Assembly: GCA_029240935.1 (NCBI GenBank)
Contig: JARDZI010000001.1
Span: 1-45,882 of the forward strand
Length of the DNA stretch: 45,882 bases
Source of the DNA: Clostridiales bacterium
GTDB lineage: Bacteria > Bacillota > Clostridia > Clostridiales > Caloramatoraceae
Direction of reading: 5' to 3'
This document shows, piece after piece, positions 16,272-25,453 of this stretch (positions are counted from its first letter, which is position 1; every line of letters begins with the position of its first letter). Both the position numbers and the translations under genes were made by a program. A model generated the notes under the pieces. It did not search any database, was not told the DNA's origin, and saw only the letters and a program-made list of their open reading frames with translations.

Positions 16272-17459
16272 ATGAAGAAAAGAATATTTAGTTATCTTGT
16301 TGTGACCATTATGATTTTATCCACATTCCTTACTGGATGCTCAAATTCTGCAAATAATATAACCAATGAAAAGAAGGACAAGGTGGTAAAGGTAGGCTGG
16401 ATAGGATCACTTTCAGGTGACCAAGCTGTTTGGGGGCAATGTGAATCGAGCACTGTAAAAATGATGTTTGAGGATTTGAATGCAAATGGTGGTTTGCTCG
16501 GGGCTAAGTTCGAGGTTATTGCATATGATACAAGAGGTGACGCTCAGGAAGCTGTTAATGCGGTAAAAAGACTTACCAGTCAGGACAAGGTAATTGCTAT
16601 TATTGGACCAAATGCCAGTGGACAGGCGATACCAATTTCGTCTGTATTGGAAGAAATGAAGGTTCCTGATATTGCAACTGTTGCAACTAATCCAAAGGTA
16701 ACAGTGGTTGATGGAAAGGTGAAGCCCTACAATTTCAGAGTGTGTTTTATAGATCCATATCAAGGAGCGGTGGCTGCGGGATTTGCAATAGATGTTTTAA
16801 AGGCTAAATCAGCAGCAATACTTTATGACGTAGCAGATGACTATTCACAGGGATTAAGCCAATTCTTTATCGAAACCTTTGAAAAAAAGGGTGGCAAGAT
16901 AGTTGCCAAGGAGGGCTTTAAAACAGGGGACACTGATTTTAGAGCTCAGTTGACAAAAATTAAGGAAACAAATCCTGAAATAATATTTATGCCATATTTC
17001 TTTAAGGAGGTTGCATTAAGTGCTAAGCAGGCTAGAGAGCTTGGGATAACTGCAACACTGATGGGTGGAGATGGATGGCCGTCAGAACAGCTTCTATCAA
17101 TGGCACAGGATGCTGTTGATGGTTCATATATTGTAAACCATCTTGATTTTGATGACCCAGATGTGCAGACTTTTAAAACCAAGTATAAAGAAAAGTATGG
17201 CAAGGATGTTGAGCTTAACGGATATCTAGCACATGATGCAAGCTTAATGCTGATAGAAGCCATCAAAAAAGCAAACAGCCTTGATTCAGTTGCTATAAGA
17301 GATGCACTGGAGAAGATTGATATTAAAGGGATAACAGGAAAAATAACAATTGGATCAAATACACATAATCCGGAGAACAAGGATGCAGCAATAATTAAGT
17401 TAGATAAATCTACAAGTACAGGGTATAAGTTTGTACAGAAGTATTCACCAAGGGATTAA
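16272..17459 (+). CDS. livJ: ABC transporter substrate-binding lipoprotein, branched-chain amino-acid (LivJ/K) family
   Basis: Signal peptide with lipobox FLTGC. Type-I periplasmic binding fold motifs (VKVGWIGSLSGDQAVWG, IIGPNASG). Upstream of livHMGF-type genes. Confidence 0.8.
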   Translation: MKKRIFSYLVVTIMILSTFLTGCSNSANNITNEKKDKVVKVGWIGSLSGDQAVWGQCESSTVKMMFEDLNANGGLLGAKFEVIAYDTRGDAQEAVNAVKRLTSQDKVIAIIGPNASGQAIPISSVLEEMKVPDIATVATNPKVTVVDGKVKPYNFRVCFIDPYQGAVAAGFAIDVLKAKSAAILYDVADDYSQGLSQFFIETFEKKGGKIVAKEGFKTGDTDFRAQLTKIKETNPEIIFMPYFFKEVALSAKQARELGITATLMGGDGWPSEQLLSMAQDAVDGSYIVNHLDFDDPDVQTFKTKYKEKYGKDVELNGYLAHDASLMLIEAIKKANSLDSVAIRDALEKIDIKGITGKITIGSNTHNPENKDAAIIKLDKSTSTGYKFVQKYSPRD

Positions 17460-17556
17460 GATATTTACTAGGGTCGTTTTAATATAATTTGATTCGTTGT
17501 TATGAACGGCTAGTATTGTCATTAATATAAAACGCCACCCTATTAAACGCAATAAA

Positions 17557-17660
17557 CCTGTAGTGGCATGCCTCTGCGCCTGCACAGGCAACAGCATTTT
17601 ATTATGGCTGCCTGTTATTACGAGAGTACCAAAAGCAGGCATGGAAGCCTGCCACTAGGG
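17557..17660. repeat. Family-D repeat (GTAGTGGCAGGC-type arms), copy 1
   Basis: CCTGTAGTGGCATGCC ... GGCATGGAAGCCTGCCACTAGGG inverted arms enclose an inner ACAGGCAACAGC/GGCTGCCTGT hairpin. Followed by a CCTTTTTT tract. Confidence 0.7.
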
Positions 17661-17715
17661 TTTCATCCTTTTTTGTGCCAGCATGCTGGCGTGGGAGTTG
17701 CTATGAACAGCAATT

Positions 17716-17787
17716 TTGTCATCCTGAATGTGGTGAAGGATCTTTTTCATTGTGCCTATAAGATCCTTCATTGCGTTCAGGATGACA
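17716..17787. repeat. Family-C palindrome, copy 2
   Basis: TTGTCATCCTGAATGTGGTGAAGGATCT ... AGATCCTTCATTGCGTTCAGGATGACA. The loop (TGTGCCTATAA) is similar to copy 1. Lies between livJ and livH. Confidence 0.85.
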
Positions 17788-17851
17788 TAGTAGTTCAGGA
17801 AACATGGCAATATCAAGACAACTCTAACACTCTATTTAAGGAGAGATGTAT

Positions 17852-18730
17852 ATGGCACTTTTTTTACAGCAGCTTATAAATGGACTTTCAATAGGAAGTA
17901 TTTATGCACTTATGGCAGTAGGATATTCTCTAGTGTACAGTATAATGAATTTTTCAAACTTTGCACATGGTGGAGTAATCATGTTTGGGGCATACTTTGG
18001 AGTGTTTTTCATGACTCTTTACAAGCTTCCATTTTCCGTTGCATTCATTGCCTCATCCATATGTGCAGCACTAATGGCAATAATAATTGAAAAAATTGCG
18101 TACAAGCCCCTAAGAAATAGACGAGCACCATTTTTATATTTCATTATATCTGCAATGGGGGTATCCATATTTTTAGAGAATATTGTTATTGCAACAATAG
18201 GACCTACATTTAAGACCTATCCTGATGTGTTTGCAGTAGAACCTATTAGACTTGGTGTCTTGGCAATTGGAAGAATAGACTTGACTATATTTATCCTCTC
18301 AGCAGTATGCCTTGCTGGTCTAATATACTTATTGGATTTTACAAAGCTGGGAAAAGCAATACAGGCTACAGCTTATAATGCAAAAGCAAGTGCTCTTATG
18401 GGTATTAATACTGATTTTATAATCATCATTATTTTTGCACTTGGAGGTCTGCTGGCAGGATCTGCAGGTGTTCTATTTGGTATGAAGTATACTGTATATC
18501 CCCAAATAGGGGCAATAACAATAAAATCCTTTATAGGTGCAGTATTTGGAGGATTAGGAAGTGTACAGGGAGCAGTGCTGGGTTCAGTACTATTAGGGGT
18601 AATTGAAACCATAACCTCAGGATATATTTCCTCACAGTATAGAGATTTAATAGCATTTGGACTTCTTATTTTCATACTTGTTGTAAGGCCAATGGGACTT
18701 ATGGGCAAGTCAACTGAAGATAAGGCATAA
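17852..18730 (+). CDS. livH: Branched-chain amino-acid ABC transporter permease (LivH type)
   Basis: MALFLQQLINGLSIGSIYALMAVGYSLVYS is the canonical LivH N-terminus. Start placed at ATG 17852 (8 nt after GGAG) rather than 17846. Confidence 0.85.
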   Translation: MALFLQQLINGLSIGSIYALMAVGYSLVYSIMNFSNFAHGGVIMFGAYFGVFFMTLYKLPFSVAFIASSICAALMAIIIEKIAYKPLRNRRAPFLYFIISAMGVSIFLENIVIATIGPTFKTYPDVFAVEPIRLGVLAIGRIDLTIFILSAVCLAGLIYLLDFTKLGKAIQATAYNAKASALMGINTDFIIIIIFALGGLLAGSAGVLFGMKYTVYPQIGAITIKSFIGAVFGGLGSVQGAVLGSVLLGVIETITSGYISSQYRDLIAFGLLIFILVVRPMGLMGKSTEDKA

Positions 18731-18744
18731 AGGAGGTACATATT

Positions 18745-19647
18745 ATGAATTTAAGCTGGTACTATGTGCAAGGTGTGCTAATTCAGGTAGGAATATTCAT
18801 GCTTCCAGCACTGGGTCTATCCCTCCTTACAGGCTTTACAGGGTTGTTCTCCTTTGGCCACGCAGGTTTCATGGCAATTGGAGGATACACAACTGCAACA
18901 ATGATGATGATGCTTGGAATTCCATTTCTGCCTGCTCTTTTAATAGGCGGGCTTGTGGCTGGGTTTATGAGCCTTTTAATTGGAAGAGTAACTCTTAATT
19001 TAAAGGGAGATTACTTTTGTATTGCAATGCTTGGCTTTGGTGAAGCAATAAGACTTATTCTGGACAATGTACAATATTTTGGAGGTGCAAGAGGATGGCC
19101 AGGTCTTCCTATTAAGACCAATCTGTTAACAGTTCTAATTGTTGATATATTAGGGGTTATAATTCTAAGGAATATTATTAAGTCAAGGCATGGGCGAAAT
19201 ATGATTGCAATCAGGGAGGAGGAGCTTGCCTCCCAGGTTGTAGGTATAAATGTATTTAAGTATAAAATGACCTCTCTATTTATAAGCGCCTTCTATGCAG
19301 GAGTAGGTGGAGGAATGCTTGGTACATATTTTGGGTTTCTCCAGCCAAAAATATTCAGTCTCACCAGATCAACGGAGCTAATAATAATAGTAATTTTCGG
19401 AGGTTTAGGAAGCATATCCGGAAGTGTATTAGGGACACTGGTACTTGTGTCTCTCCCTGAAGTATTAAGGGATTTTTCAAAGTGGAGACTTGTGGTATAT
19501 GGTGCTGTAGTTGTGTTTATGATTATTGCAAGGCCTGAAGGGATAATGGGAGGAAAGGAAATAAGCTTCAAAGGAATATATAACCTTCTATTAAAATTAA
19601 CAGGTAGGAACAAGCAGGATAAGCAGCAGATTTCTGGAGGTGAGTGA
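18745..19647 (+). CDS. livM: Branched-chain amino-acid ABC transporter permease (LivM type)
   Basis: Polytopic membrane protein with GLFSFGHAGFMAIGGY, a LivM-type motif. RBS AAGGAGG. Confidence 0.85.
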   Translation: MNLSWYYVQGVLIQVGIFMLPALGLSLLTGFTGLFSFGHAGFMAIGGYTTATMMMMLGIPFLPALLIGGLVAGFMSLLIGRVTLNLKGDYFCIAMLGFGEAIRLILDNVQYFGGARGWPGLPIKTNLLTVLIVDILGVIILRNIIKSRHGRNMIAIREEELASQVVGINVFKYKMTSLFISAFYAGVGGGMLGTYFGFLQPKIFSLTRSTELIIIVIFGGLGSISGSVLGTLVLVSLPEVLRDFSKWRLVVYGAVVVFMIIARPEGIMGGKEISFKGIYNLLLKLTGRNKQDKQQISGGE

Positions 19648-19649
19648 TT

Positions 19650-20411
19650 ATGGCATTGCTTGAACTAAAAAATGTTACCAAGTCCTTTGGAGGAATAATG
19701 GCAGTAAATGATGTAAGCCTTGAGGTAGAAAAGGATTCAATACATGGCTTGATTGGACCAAATGGTGCAGGTAAAACTACAATTTTTAATCTCATAACCG
19801 GAATTTATAAGGTTTCACAAGGAACCATAACCTTCGAGGATAAAAACATAGAGAACTCTCAAACCTTTAAAATTGCAGGTGCAGGAATTACTAGAACCTT
19901 TCAGAATATAAGATTATTTAAAAAGCTTACAGTATATGAAAATATATTAACTGCTTGCCATTATAATGCAGAATATAATTTGCTTCATTCAATATTTAGA
20001 ACGCCTAAATATGGCCGAGAGGAAAAGATGTTATTCGCCCAGGCTGAGGAGCTTATGGGTATATTAGAGCTAAGGGACAGAAGAGATTTTCTTGCAAACA
20101 ATCTTCCCTATGGACTTCAAAGGAGGCTGGAAATTGCCAGAGCACTAGCACTCAGACCTAAACTACTTTTGTTAGATGAGCCTGCAGCAGGAATGAATCC
20201 AGATGAAACTGAAAAGCTAATGGGGTTGATTGTTGAAATAAGGGACAGATTTAAATTAACAGTTTTTTTAATTGAACATCACATGGATCTTGTAATGGGG
20301 ATATGCGATATGATAACGGTTTTAAACTTTGGCTGTAAGCTTGATGAGGGAAATCCCTTGGAGGTTCAAAACAGTCCAAGTGTTAAGGAAGCATATTTAG
20401 GAGAGGAGTGA
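19650..20411 (+). CDS. livG: Branched-chain amino-acid ABC transporter ATP-binding protein (LivG type)
   Basis: Walker A GPNGAGKTT, signature LPYGLQRRLEIARAL, Walker B LLLLDEPAAG. ATG 19650 is 9 nt after GGAGG. Confidence 0.88.
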   Translation: MALLELKNVTKSFGGIMAVNDVSLEVEKDSIHGLIGPNGAGKTTIFNLITGIYKVSQGTITFEDKNIENSQTFKIAGAGITRTFQNIRLFKKLTVYENILTACHYNAEYNLLHSIFRTPKYGREEKMLFAQAEELMGILELRDRRDFLANNLPYGLQRRLEIARALALRPKLLLLDEPAAGMNPDETEKLMGLIVEIRDRFKLTVFLIEHHMDLVMGICDMITVLNFGCKLDEGNPLEVQNSPSVKEAYLGEE

Positions 20412-20415
20412 TTGG

Positions 20416-21120
20416 ATGCTTAATGTGAAGAACCTTCATGTATTCTATGGTGGTATTCATGCCCTAAGGGGTGTAACAATTAATGTAGAACAAGGTGAGA
20501 TAGTTACAATAATCGGGTCAAACGGAGCAGGAAAATCAACTCTTCTAAATACAATCTCAGGATTTCTTAAACCCAGGGAGGGTGAAGTATTATATAAGGA
20601 AGAAAAGCTTGGGGCAGCTCCACATAAGGTAGTACAGAAGGGAATATGTCATGTTCCAGAGGGTAGACTTGTGTTTGCAAATTTGTCTGTTAAGGACAAT
20701 TTAATGCTAGGGGCGTATTTAAGAAGGGATAAGAATAGAATCAAAGAAGATTTAGAAAAGGTTTTAAATATATTCCCAATATTAAAAGAAAGAGAAAAGC
20801 AGATAGCTGGAACCCTGTCTGGAGGAGAACAGCAGATGCTTGCAATGGGCAGAGGACTTATGGGTAATCCGGAAATAATACTGCTGGATGAGCCATCCTT
20901 GGGACTTGCACCACTTATAGTTAAAACAATTTTTCAAATTATTTCGGACATTAAAGCTATGGGAAAAACAATACTTCTTGTAGAACAAAATGCCTATAAA
21001 GCCCTGGCAATTGCAGACAGAGCCTATGTACTGGAACAGGGAACAATAACAATGGAGGGCTCAGCGAGAGAGATTGCAGAAAATAAAAAGATTCAAGAAG
21101 CATACCTTGGGAAAAGATAA
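20416..21120 (+). CDS. livF: Branched-chain amino-acid ABC transporter ATP-binding protein (LivF type)
   Basis: Walker A GSNGAGKST, signature LSGGEQQMLAMGRGL, Walker B ILLDEPSLGLAP. Confidence 0.88.
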   Translation: MLNVKNLHVFYGGIHALRGVTINVEQGEIVTIIGSNGAGKSTLLNTISGFLKPREGEVLYKEEKLGAAPHKVVQKGICHVPEGRLVFANLSVKDNLMLGAYLRRDKNRIKEDLEKVLNIFPILKEREKQIAGTLSGGEQQMLAMGRGLMGNPEIILLDEPSLGLAPLIVKTIFQIISDIKAMGKTILLVEQNAYKALAIADRAYVLEQGTITMEGSAREIAENKKIQEAYLGKR

Positions 21121-21146
21121 GAATGGCAGTCATATGATTGCCATTC
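21121..21146. repeat. Family-A-related short palindrome acting as terminator between convergent livF and the SGNH gene
   Basis: GAATGGCAGTCATATGATTGCCATTC, with 8-bp arms GAATGGCA/TGCCATTC and the CATATG core of family A. Confidence 0.6.
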
Positions 21147-21151
21147 ATCAT

Positions 21152-22609
21152 TTACCTTTTTATCTTATAAGCATCCTCAAAATAAACACTATCTATCACA
21201 GTCCCCAAAACCTTATCATAAACTACAAGATTAAAGCCGTGATATCTATTTGAATAATCCTTACCATTGAAACTCAACCCGGGCATATTATTATTTGTTG
21301 ATGAGGTTGTAGCATCTAATGTTATGTTATTTTCGAAGGTAAGGGTTTTATTGAATTTGGATGCTCCATATACCTCAGATTCCACATTGTTGCTATTTAT
21401 AACAGCCATGTAATGATTCTCTGTAGTTTTTTCTTCAAGCTTTAAGCCAAATCGCCTTAGAGATTCTTGAAGGTTTGGATCTTTATTAAGGCTGCTATAG
21501 TTGTCTGAAAGGGCAATTAGTATGTAATTTTCATTCTGGGCTAGAGAAATATAATCCTCAACATACTTTGCTGCCCTTAATGCCGTTAATGCTTCCTCCT
21601 GTACATAATAATTATAATCATTATTCCACTGAGAGTATTTATTATCATTTCGATGATCCCTAAGGGTATAGTTTTCCACAAGGTATTTTCCTAAAAGATT
21701 ACTTACCTTTTCTGCTCCCCATACATTCATATGGTCTGCATTGGACATATCAGCTTTAAAGTCAAAGCCCAGTTCATCATATTTTTTATTGTATTCAATA
21801 AAAGGTATGTTATTTTCCTTTGCAATCTCTGATACAGTATTGAACATTTTTGTACTATCCTTATACCAGCTTGGCATAACATCAGTAATTGTAGGATCAT
21901 AGGGCACATTAATAAATACTAGCTTAAAGTCTTCCTGTTTTGATAACTGGATTATTTTCATCAGGTATTCCTTTGATTCTGGGGGGAGTTCTGCTTTTTC
22001 TGTGATATTAGGATTGCTTAGATTATCCTTGCCATACATATCCTGGGTAGCGGCAAACCCCTTTGTGTAATAATTTTTATCATAATCGTAATAGAAATCT
22101 TCCTGGTTCAATTCCTTCCAGCGAGTATGGAACCTTAAAAATGGGAAGACATAGGTTATCCAATAGGATTTTGGAGTAGTGTTTATTACAGCTTCAATCT
22201 TGTTTGTAGAGGTCTTCATGCTATCAAGCACATATCTAATGTAACCGCTTTTACCATAGGTTTCGTTGTACCCAAGGTAGTATAAATCAACAACAACAAT
22301 AGGGTCAGTATGCTTTTTCAGCACTTCCTTCAAAAGATAATATGTAACATTTATAGGCTGCCCGCCGGTTCCATAATTAAAGCTTGTTATTCCATACTTA
22401 TTCCAAAGCACATTAGGATTTATTCCACTGTGCATGTGGCTTGAACCTAAAAGCACAACGTCAAAGGGAGCCTCTGTAGCCCTATAAAATCCTTGATAAA
22501 GCTTTCTGCGATGCTCAAGCTTTAGGACAAATATTGGATTTAGTAGAGAAAGGATTAATACTACTATTAAAATTAAAATTGAGCTCTTTATTATTGCTTT
22601 TTTAAGCAT
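21152..22609 (-). CDS. Membrane-anchored SGNH/DltD-like protein, partner of the MBOAT acyltransferase
   Basis: N-terminal TM helix, then VVLLGSSHMHSG (GDS(L)-like block I). It lies 12 nt downstream of the MBOAT gene on the same strand. The ~130-aa C-terminal extension has no motif I recognise. Confidence 0.45.
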   Translation of the reverse strand: MLKKAIIKSSILILIVVLILSLLNPIFVLKLEHRRKLYQGFYRATEAPFDVVLLGSSHMHSGINPNVLWNKYGITSFNYGTGGQPINVTYYLLKEVLKKHTDPIVVVDLYYLGYNETYGKSGYIRYVLDSMKTSTNKIEAVINTTPKSYWITYVFPFLRFHTRWKELNQEDFYYDYDKNYYTKGFAATQDMYGKDNLSNPNITEKAELPPESKEYLMKIIQLSKQEDFKLVFINVPYDPTITDVMPSWYKDSTKMFNTVSEIAKENNIPFIEYNKKYDELGFDFKADMSNADHMNVWGAEKVSNLLGKYLVENYTLRDHRNDNKYSQWNNDYNYYVQEEALTALRAAKYVEDYISLAQNENYILIALSDNYSSLNKDPNLQESLRRFGLKLEEKTTENHYMAVINSNNVESEVYGASKFNKTLTFENNITLDATTSSTNNNMPGLSFNGKDYSNRYHGFNLVVYDKVLGTVIDSVYFEDAYKIKR

Positions 22610-22620
22610 TAGTATTCCCC

Positions 22621-24105
22621 CTAAAATTGAAAATAGATAAACTGCTGAGCATCATACCCTGCAAATACGCCAAATATTAATATTGCTATAATGGCAGTTA
22701 CATAGATTAACCACCTGAAGATAATGTTTTGCTTTGAAAACTGGAGTGTTAAATCCCTTTTTCTTTGTAATAAATTCATAGCTAAAACTATTATTATTGA
22801 TACTACAGCCACGAAAAATTCCTTTGAGTCCAAGCCTAGGTTGTATATTGAATTATCGATAAATATCCATGGGTTAAAATAAAACATATTTTTAATTAAT
22901 GTTATTGCATCACTATATGTATTTGCTCTAAAAAATATCCAGGCAAAATCAACTAGAATAAAGGTTGTGATTACCTGTAAAAGCTTATAATTGAATTCCT
23001 TTGTTCTTATTTTGAAGCGCTTTATAAGTTTCCCTTTAACAGGACTTAATACATCACCAATTATCTGATAAGCGCCATGAAGTCCTCCCCATATTATAAA
23101 AGTAAAATCTGCACCATGCCATAAACCGCTTACCAAAAATACAAACATTGTATTTAAATACTTTCTCAGCTTGCCATGTCTGCTTCCGCCTAATGGAATG
23201 TATAAATAATCCCTAAACCAGGTGCTAAGGGATATATGCCAGCGTCTCCAGAACTCCTTAATGGACTTTGAAAAATATGGTCTTTCAAAGTTTTTAGTTA
23301 ATCTAAAGCCCATAACCTTTGCTGCACCTCTTGCAATATCCGAGTATGCACCAAAGTCACAATATATCTGAAAAGCATAAAAAATAGTAGCCAAGATAAT
23401 CTGAAAACCCTTATAGCTTTTAGGAGAGTTATATACTGTGTTTACAAGCATACCCAATCTGTCAGCGACTACAACCTTCTGAAAAAATCCCCATATCATT
23501 AATAGGATTCCGTTTTTAATTCTATAATAATCAAAGTAGTGTTTTTCCTCTATTTGACTTAAAAAATTCTTTGACTTTTCTATTGGACCTGAAATCAGCT
23601 GAGGAAAAAAGGATACAAATAATGCATATTTACCAAGGTTTCTTTCAACCTTAACATCTTTTCTATAAATATCCATTGTGTAGCTAAGAGCTTGAAATGT
23701 GTAAAAGGAAATGCCCACAGGAAGCATTATATCAAAGCTTGGAAGGTTTATTGAAAGGCTAAGGGAAGAAAATAGAATATTTAAGCTTTCACTAAAAAAG
23801 TTAAAATATTTAAATATCGATAGTATAGATAAATTTATTGCAAAGCTTGCAAAAACCCATAATTTTTTTATTCTAATTGATTTCTTTTCATCTTCTATAC
23901 GATTTGCTCTATCTATAAGCAAACCACTAATATAAGTAACAATTGTTGAGGTTCCCAGAAGCAACAAATATTTGGGATTCCAGCACATATAAAAATAGTA
24001 GCTTGATAGTAACAGCCACACCCATCTAAATCTATGAGGTATAATAAAATATGCAATTGTAACAATAGGAAAGAAAATAAAAAAACCAATGGAAGTAAAT
24101 AACAA
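22621..24105 (-). CDS. MBOAT-family membrane-bound O-acyltransferase (AlgI/DltB-like)
   Basis: Polytopic. Conserved FWRRWHISLSTWFRDYLYIPLGG block with the MBOAT histidine. TTG start 5 nt after AGGAGGG. Confidence 0.85.
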   Translation of the reverse strand: MLFTSIGFFIFFPIVTIAYFIIPHRFRWVWLLLSSYYFYMCWNPKYLLLLGTSTIVTYISGLLIDRANRIEDEKKSIRIKKLWVFASFAINLSILSIFKYFNFFSESLNILFSSLSLSINLPSFDIMLPVGISFYTFQALSYTMDIYRKDVKVERNLGKYALFVSFFPQLISGPIEKSKNFLSQIEEKHYFDYYRIKNGILLMIWGFFQKVVVADRLGMLVNTVYNSPKSYKGFQIILATIFYAFQIYCDFGAYSDIARGAAKVMGFRLTKNFERPYFSKSIKEFWRRWHISLSTWFRDYLYIPLGGSRHGKLRKYLNTMFVFLVSGLWHGADFTFIIWGGLHGAYQIIGDVLSPVKGKLIKRFKIRTKEFNYKLLQVITTFILVDFAWIFFRANTYSDAITLIKNMFYFNPWIFIDNSIYNLGLDSKEFFVAVVSIIIVLAMNLLQRKRDLTLQFSKQNIIFRWLIYVTAIIAILIFGVFAGYDAQQFIYFQF

Positions 24106-24265
24106 ATAAATCCCTCCTGAAAGTTAGTTTTAGCACTATGGTAAAATATTCTAAAGTTAAAATAATTATATTAGCTTTAAACAGTGATGTCAATCACAAG
24201 GGAGAAGCAAGTGGCGGCCACCTGGGTCGAGAGAACAAATTAGAAGATTCCAATAAAAAAACAGG

Positions 24266-24293
24266 TTGCATAATATTACAATTATGGTATAAT
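24266..24293 (+). promoter_or_regulatory. Sigma-A-type promoter of the riboswitch-ABC-2 operon
   Basis: TTGCAT (24266-24271), a 16-nt spacer, and TGGTATAAT with extended -10 (TATAAT at 24288-24293). Located about 13 nt upstream of the aptamer. Confidence 0.5.
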
Positions 24294-24305
24294 ATCAAAT
24301 AATAT

Positions 24306-24430
24306 GAGAGTGTATCTAGGGTTCCGATTTATAATGCTGGTCCGAGCGATACAGGATTTTGTCTACACTTTTAGGAAAAAAGCCTAAAGGATGAGTCTCT
24401 ATGAGATTTGTTCTTGGGCTTTATTTTTTT
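24306..24430 (+). promoter_or_regulatory. ykkC-yxkD family riboswitch (guanidine-I-like aptamer, subtype unresolved) with intrinsic-terminator expression platform
   Basis: - Hallmark blocks: CUAGGGUUCCG (24316-24326) and CUGGUCCGAGCG (24337-24348).
- P1: GUGUA/UACAC (24310-14 / 24364-68).
- P3: UUUAGG-AAAAAAG-CCUAAA followed by GGAUGAG.
- Terminator: the 3' strand of P3 (24383-88) is also the 5' strand of a long hairpin (24379-24422) followed by AUUUUUUU, which gives ON-switch logic. Confidence 0.7.
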
Positions 24431-24448
24431 AGATTGGAGGGGTTAATA

Positions 24449-25453
24449 ATGAGCATTATAAAGGTTGATAATCTTTGCAAAACCTTTAGGGTAAAAACAA
24501 AGGAAGAGGGATTAAGGGGTAGTATTAAGTCAGTTTTTTCTCCTGTTTATAGGGAAGTAAAGGCTGTAAATAATATTAGCTTTGAGGTAGAAAAGGGAGA
24601 AATATTAGCATTCATTGGACCTAATGGGGCAGGAAAATCAACAACTATAAAAATGATGACGGGCATACTGTATCCATCAGATGGAAAAGTTCAAGTATTG
24701 GGGATGGATCCATCCCTGGATAGAAAGAAATTATCCTATAAAATCGGTACAGTATTCGGCCAAAAGTCACAGCTTTGGTTTCATCTGCCACCTGTGGACA
24801 GCTTCAATTTACTGGGAAATATTTATGAAATAGACAGGACAAAGCTTAAAAAGAGAATAGAGTTTCTAAAGGAAGTATTTGAAATAGGTGAGCTTATGGA
24901 TGTTCCAGTTAGAAAGCTTTCCCTTGGACAAAGAATTCGATGTGAAATTGCAGCATCCATTTTACATGAGCCTGAAATTATTTTCCTGGATGAGCCAACC
25001 ATAGGCTTGGATGTGGTTGTAAAACAGAGGATCAGAGAGCTTATATTACAGCTGAACAGGGAGGAGAAGACCACTATATTTTTAACCTCCCATGACGCTG
25101 GAGACATAGAACAATTATGTAAAAGAGCAATTATTATAAATCATGGTGAGGTTGTATTAAATGAAACAATTAAAAATTTAAAGTATGATTATCTGAATAA
25201 GAAGGTTATAAGTATTAAATATAATGAGCCTGTAAATATAGATGATTGCAATATTAATATTATCAAAAGCAAGGATAATGGGATCAAGGTCCAGGTGAAT
25301 ACAGCAAAGCAGGACATTGAAGAGGTTCTAACCAGGCTCATTAGTTATGGAAAGGTTACTGATATAACAATTTCAGAGCCTCCAATGGAAGAGATAATAG
25401 CCTATATTTATCAGCATAAAAAGGCAGGTGATAAGCTTGAAATCACCTCGTAA
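24449..25453 (+). CDS. ABC transporter ATP-binding protein (ABC-2 type system) with C-terminal extra domain
   Basis: Walker A GPNGAGKST, signature LSLGQRIRCEIAASI, Walker B IIFLDEPTIGLD. True start is ATG 24449 (MSIIKVDNL, GGAGGGG RBS). The ORF-track start 24401 lies inside the riboswitch terminator. Confidence 0.88.
   Translation: MSIIKVDNLCKTFRVKTKEEGLRGSIKSVFSPVYREVKAVNNISFEVEKGEILAFIGPNGAGKSTTIKMMTGILYPSDGKVQVLGMDPSLDRKKLSYKIGTVFGQKSQLWFHLPPVDSFNLLGNIYEIDRTKLKKRIEFLKEVFEIGELMDVPVRKLSLGQRIRCEIAASILHEPEIIFLDEPTIGLDVVVKQRIRELILQLNREEKTTIFLTSHDAGDIEQLCKRAIIINHGEVVLNETIKNLKYDYLNKKVISIKYNEPVNIDDCNINIIKSKDNGIKVQVNTAKQDIEEVLTRLISYGKVTDITISEPPMEEIIAYIYQHKKAGDKLEITS

Noticed and set aside
17445-17879. 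ORFs 17445..17642 (minus, 65 aa) and 17568..17879 (plus, 103 aa) between livJ and livH
   Set aside because: Both are translations of the family-D and family-C palindromic repeats (for example VILNVVKDL...ILHCVQDDI). They have no RBS and overlap the livH start.
24401-24448. N-terminal 16 codons of ORF-track entry 24401..25453 (MRFVLGLYFFRLEGLI)
   Set aside because: They lie inside the riboswitch terminator hairpin and its U-tract. The canonical ABC ATPase N-terminus MSIIKVDNL starts at ATG 24449 behind GGAGGGG.
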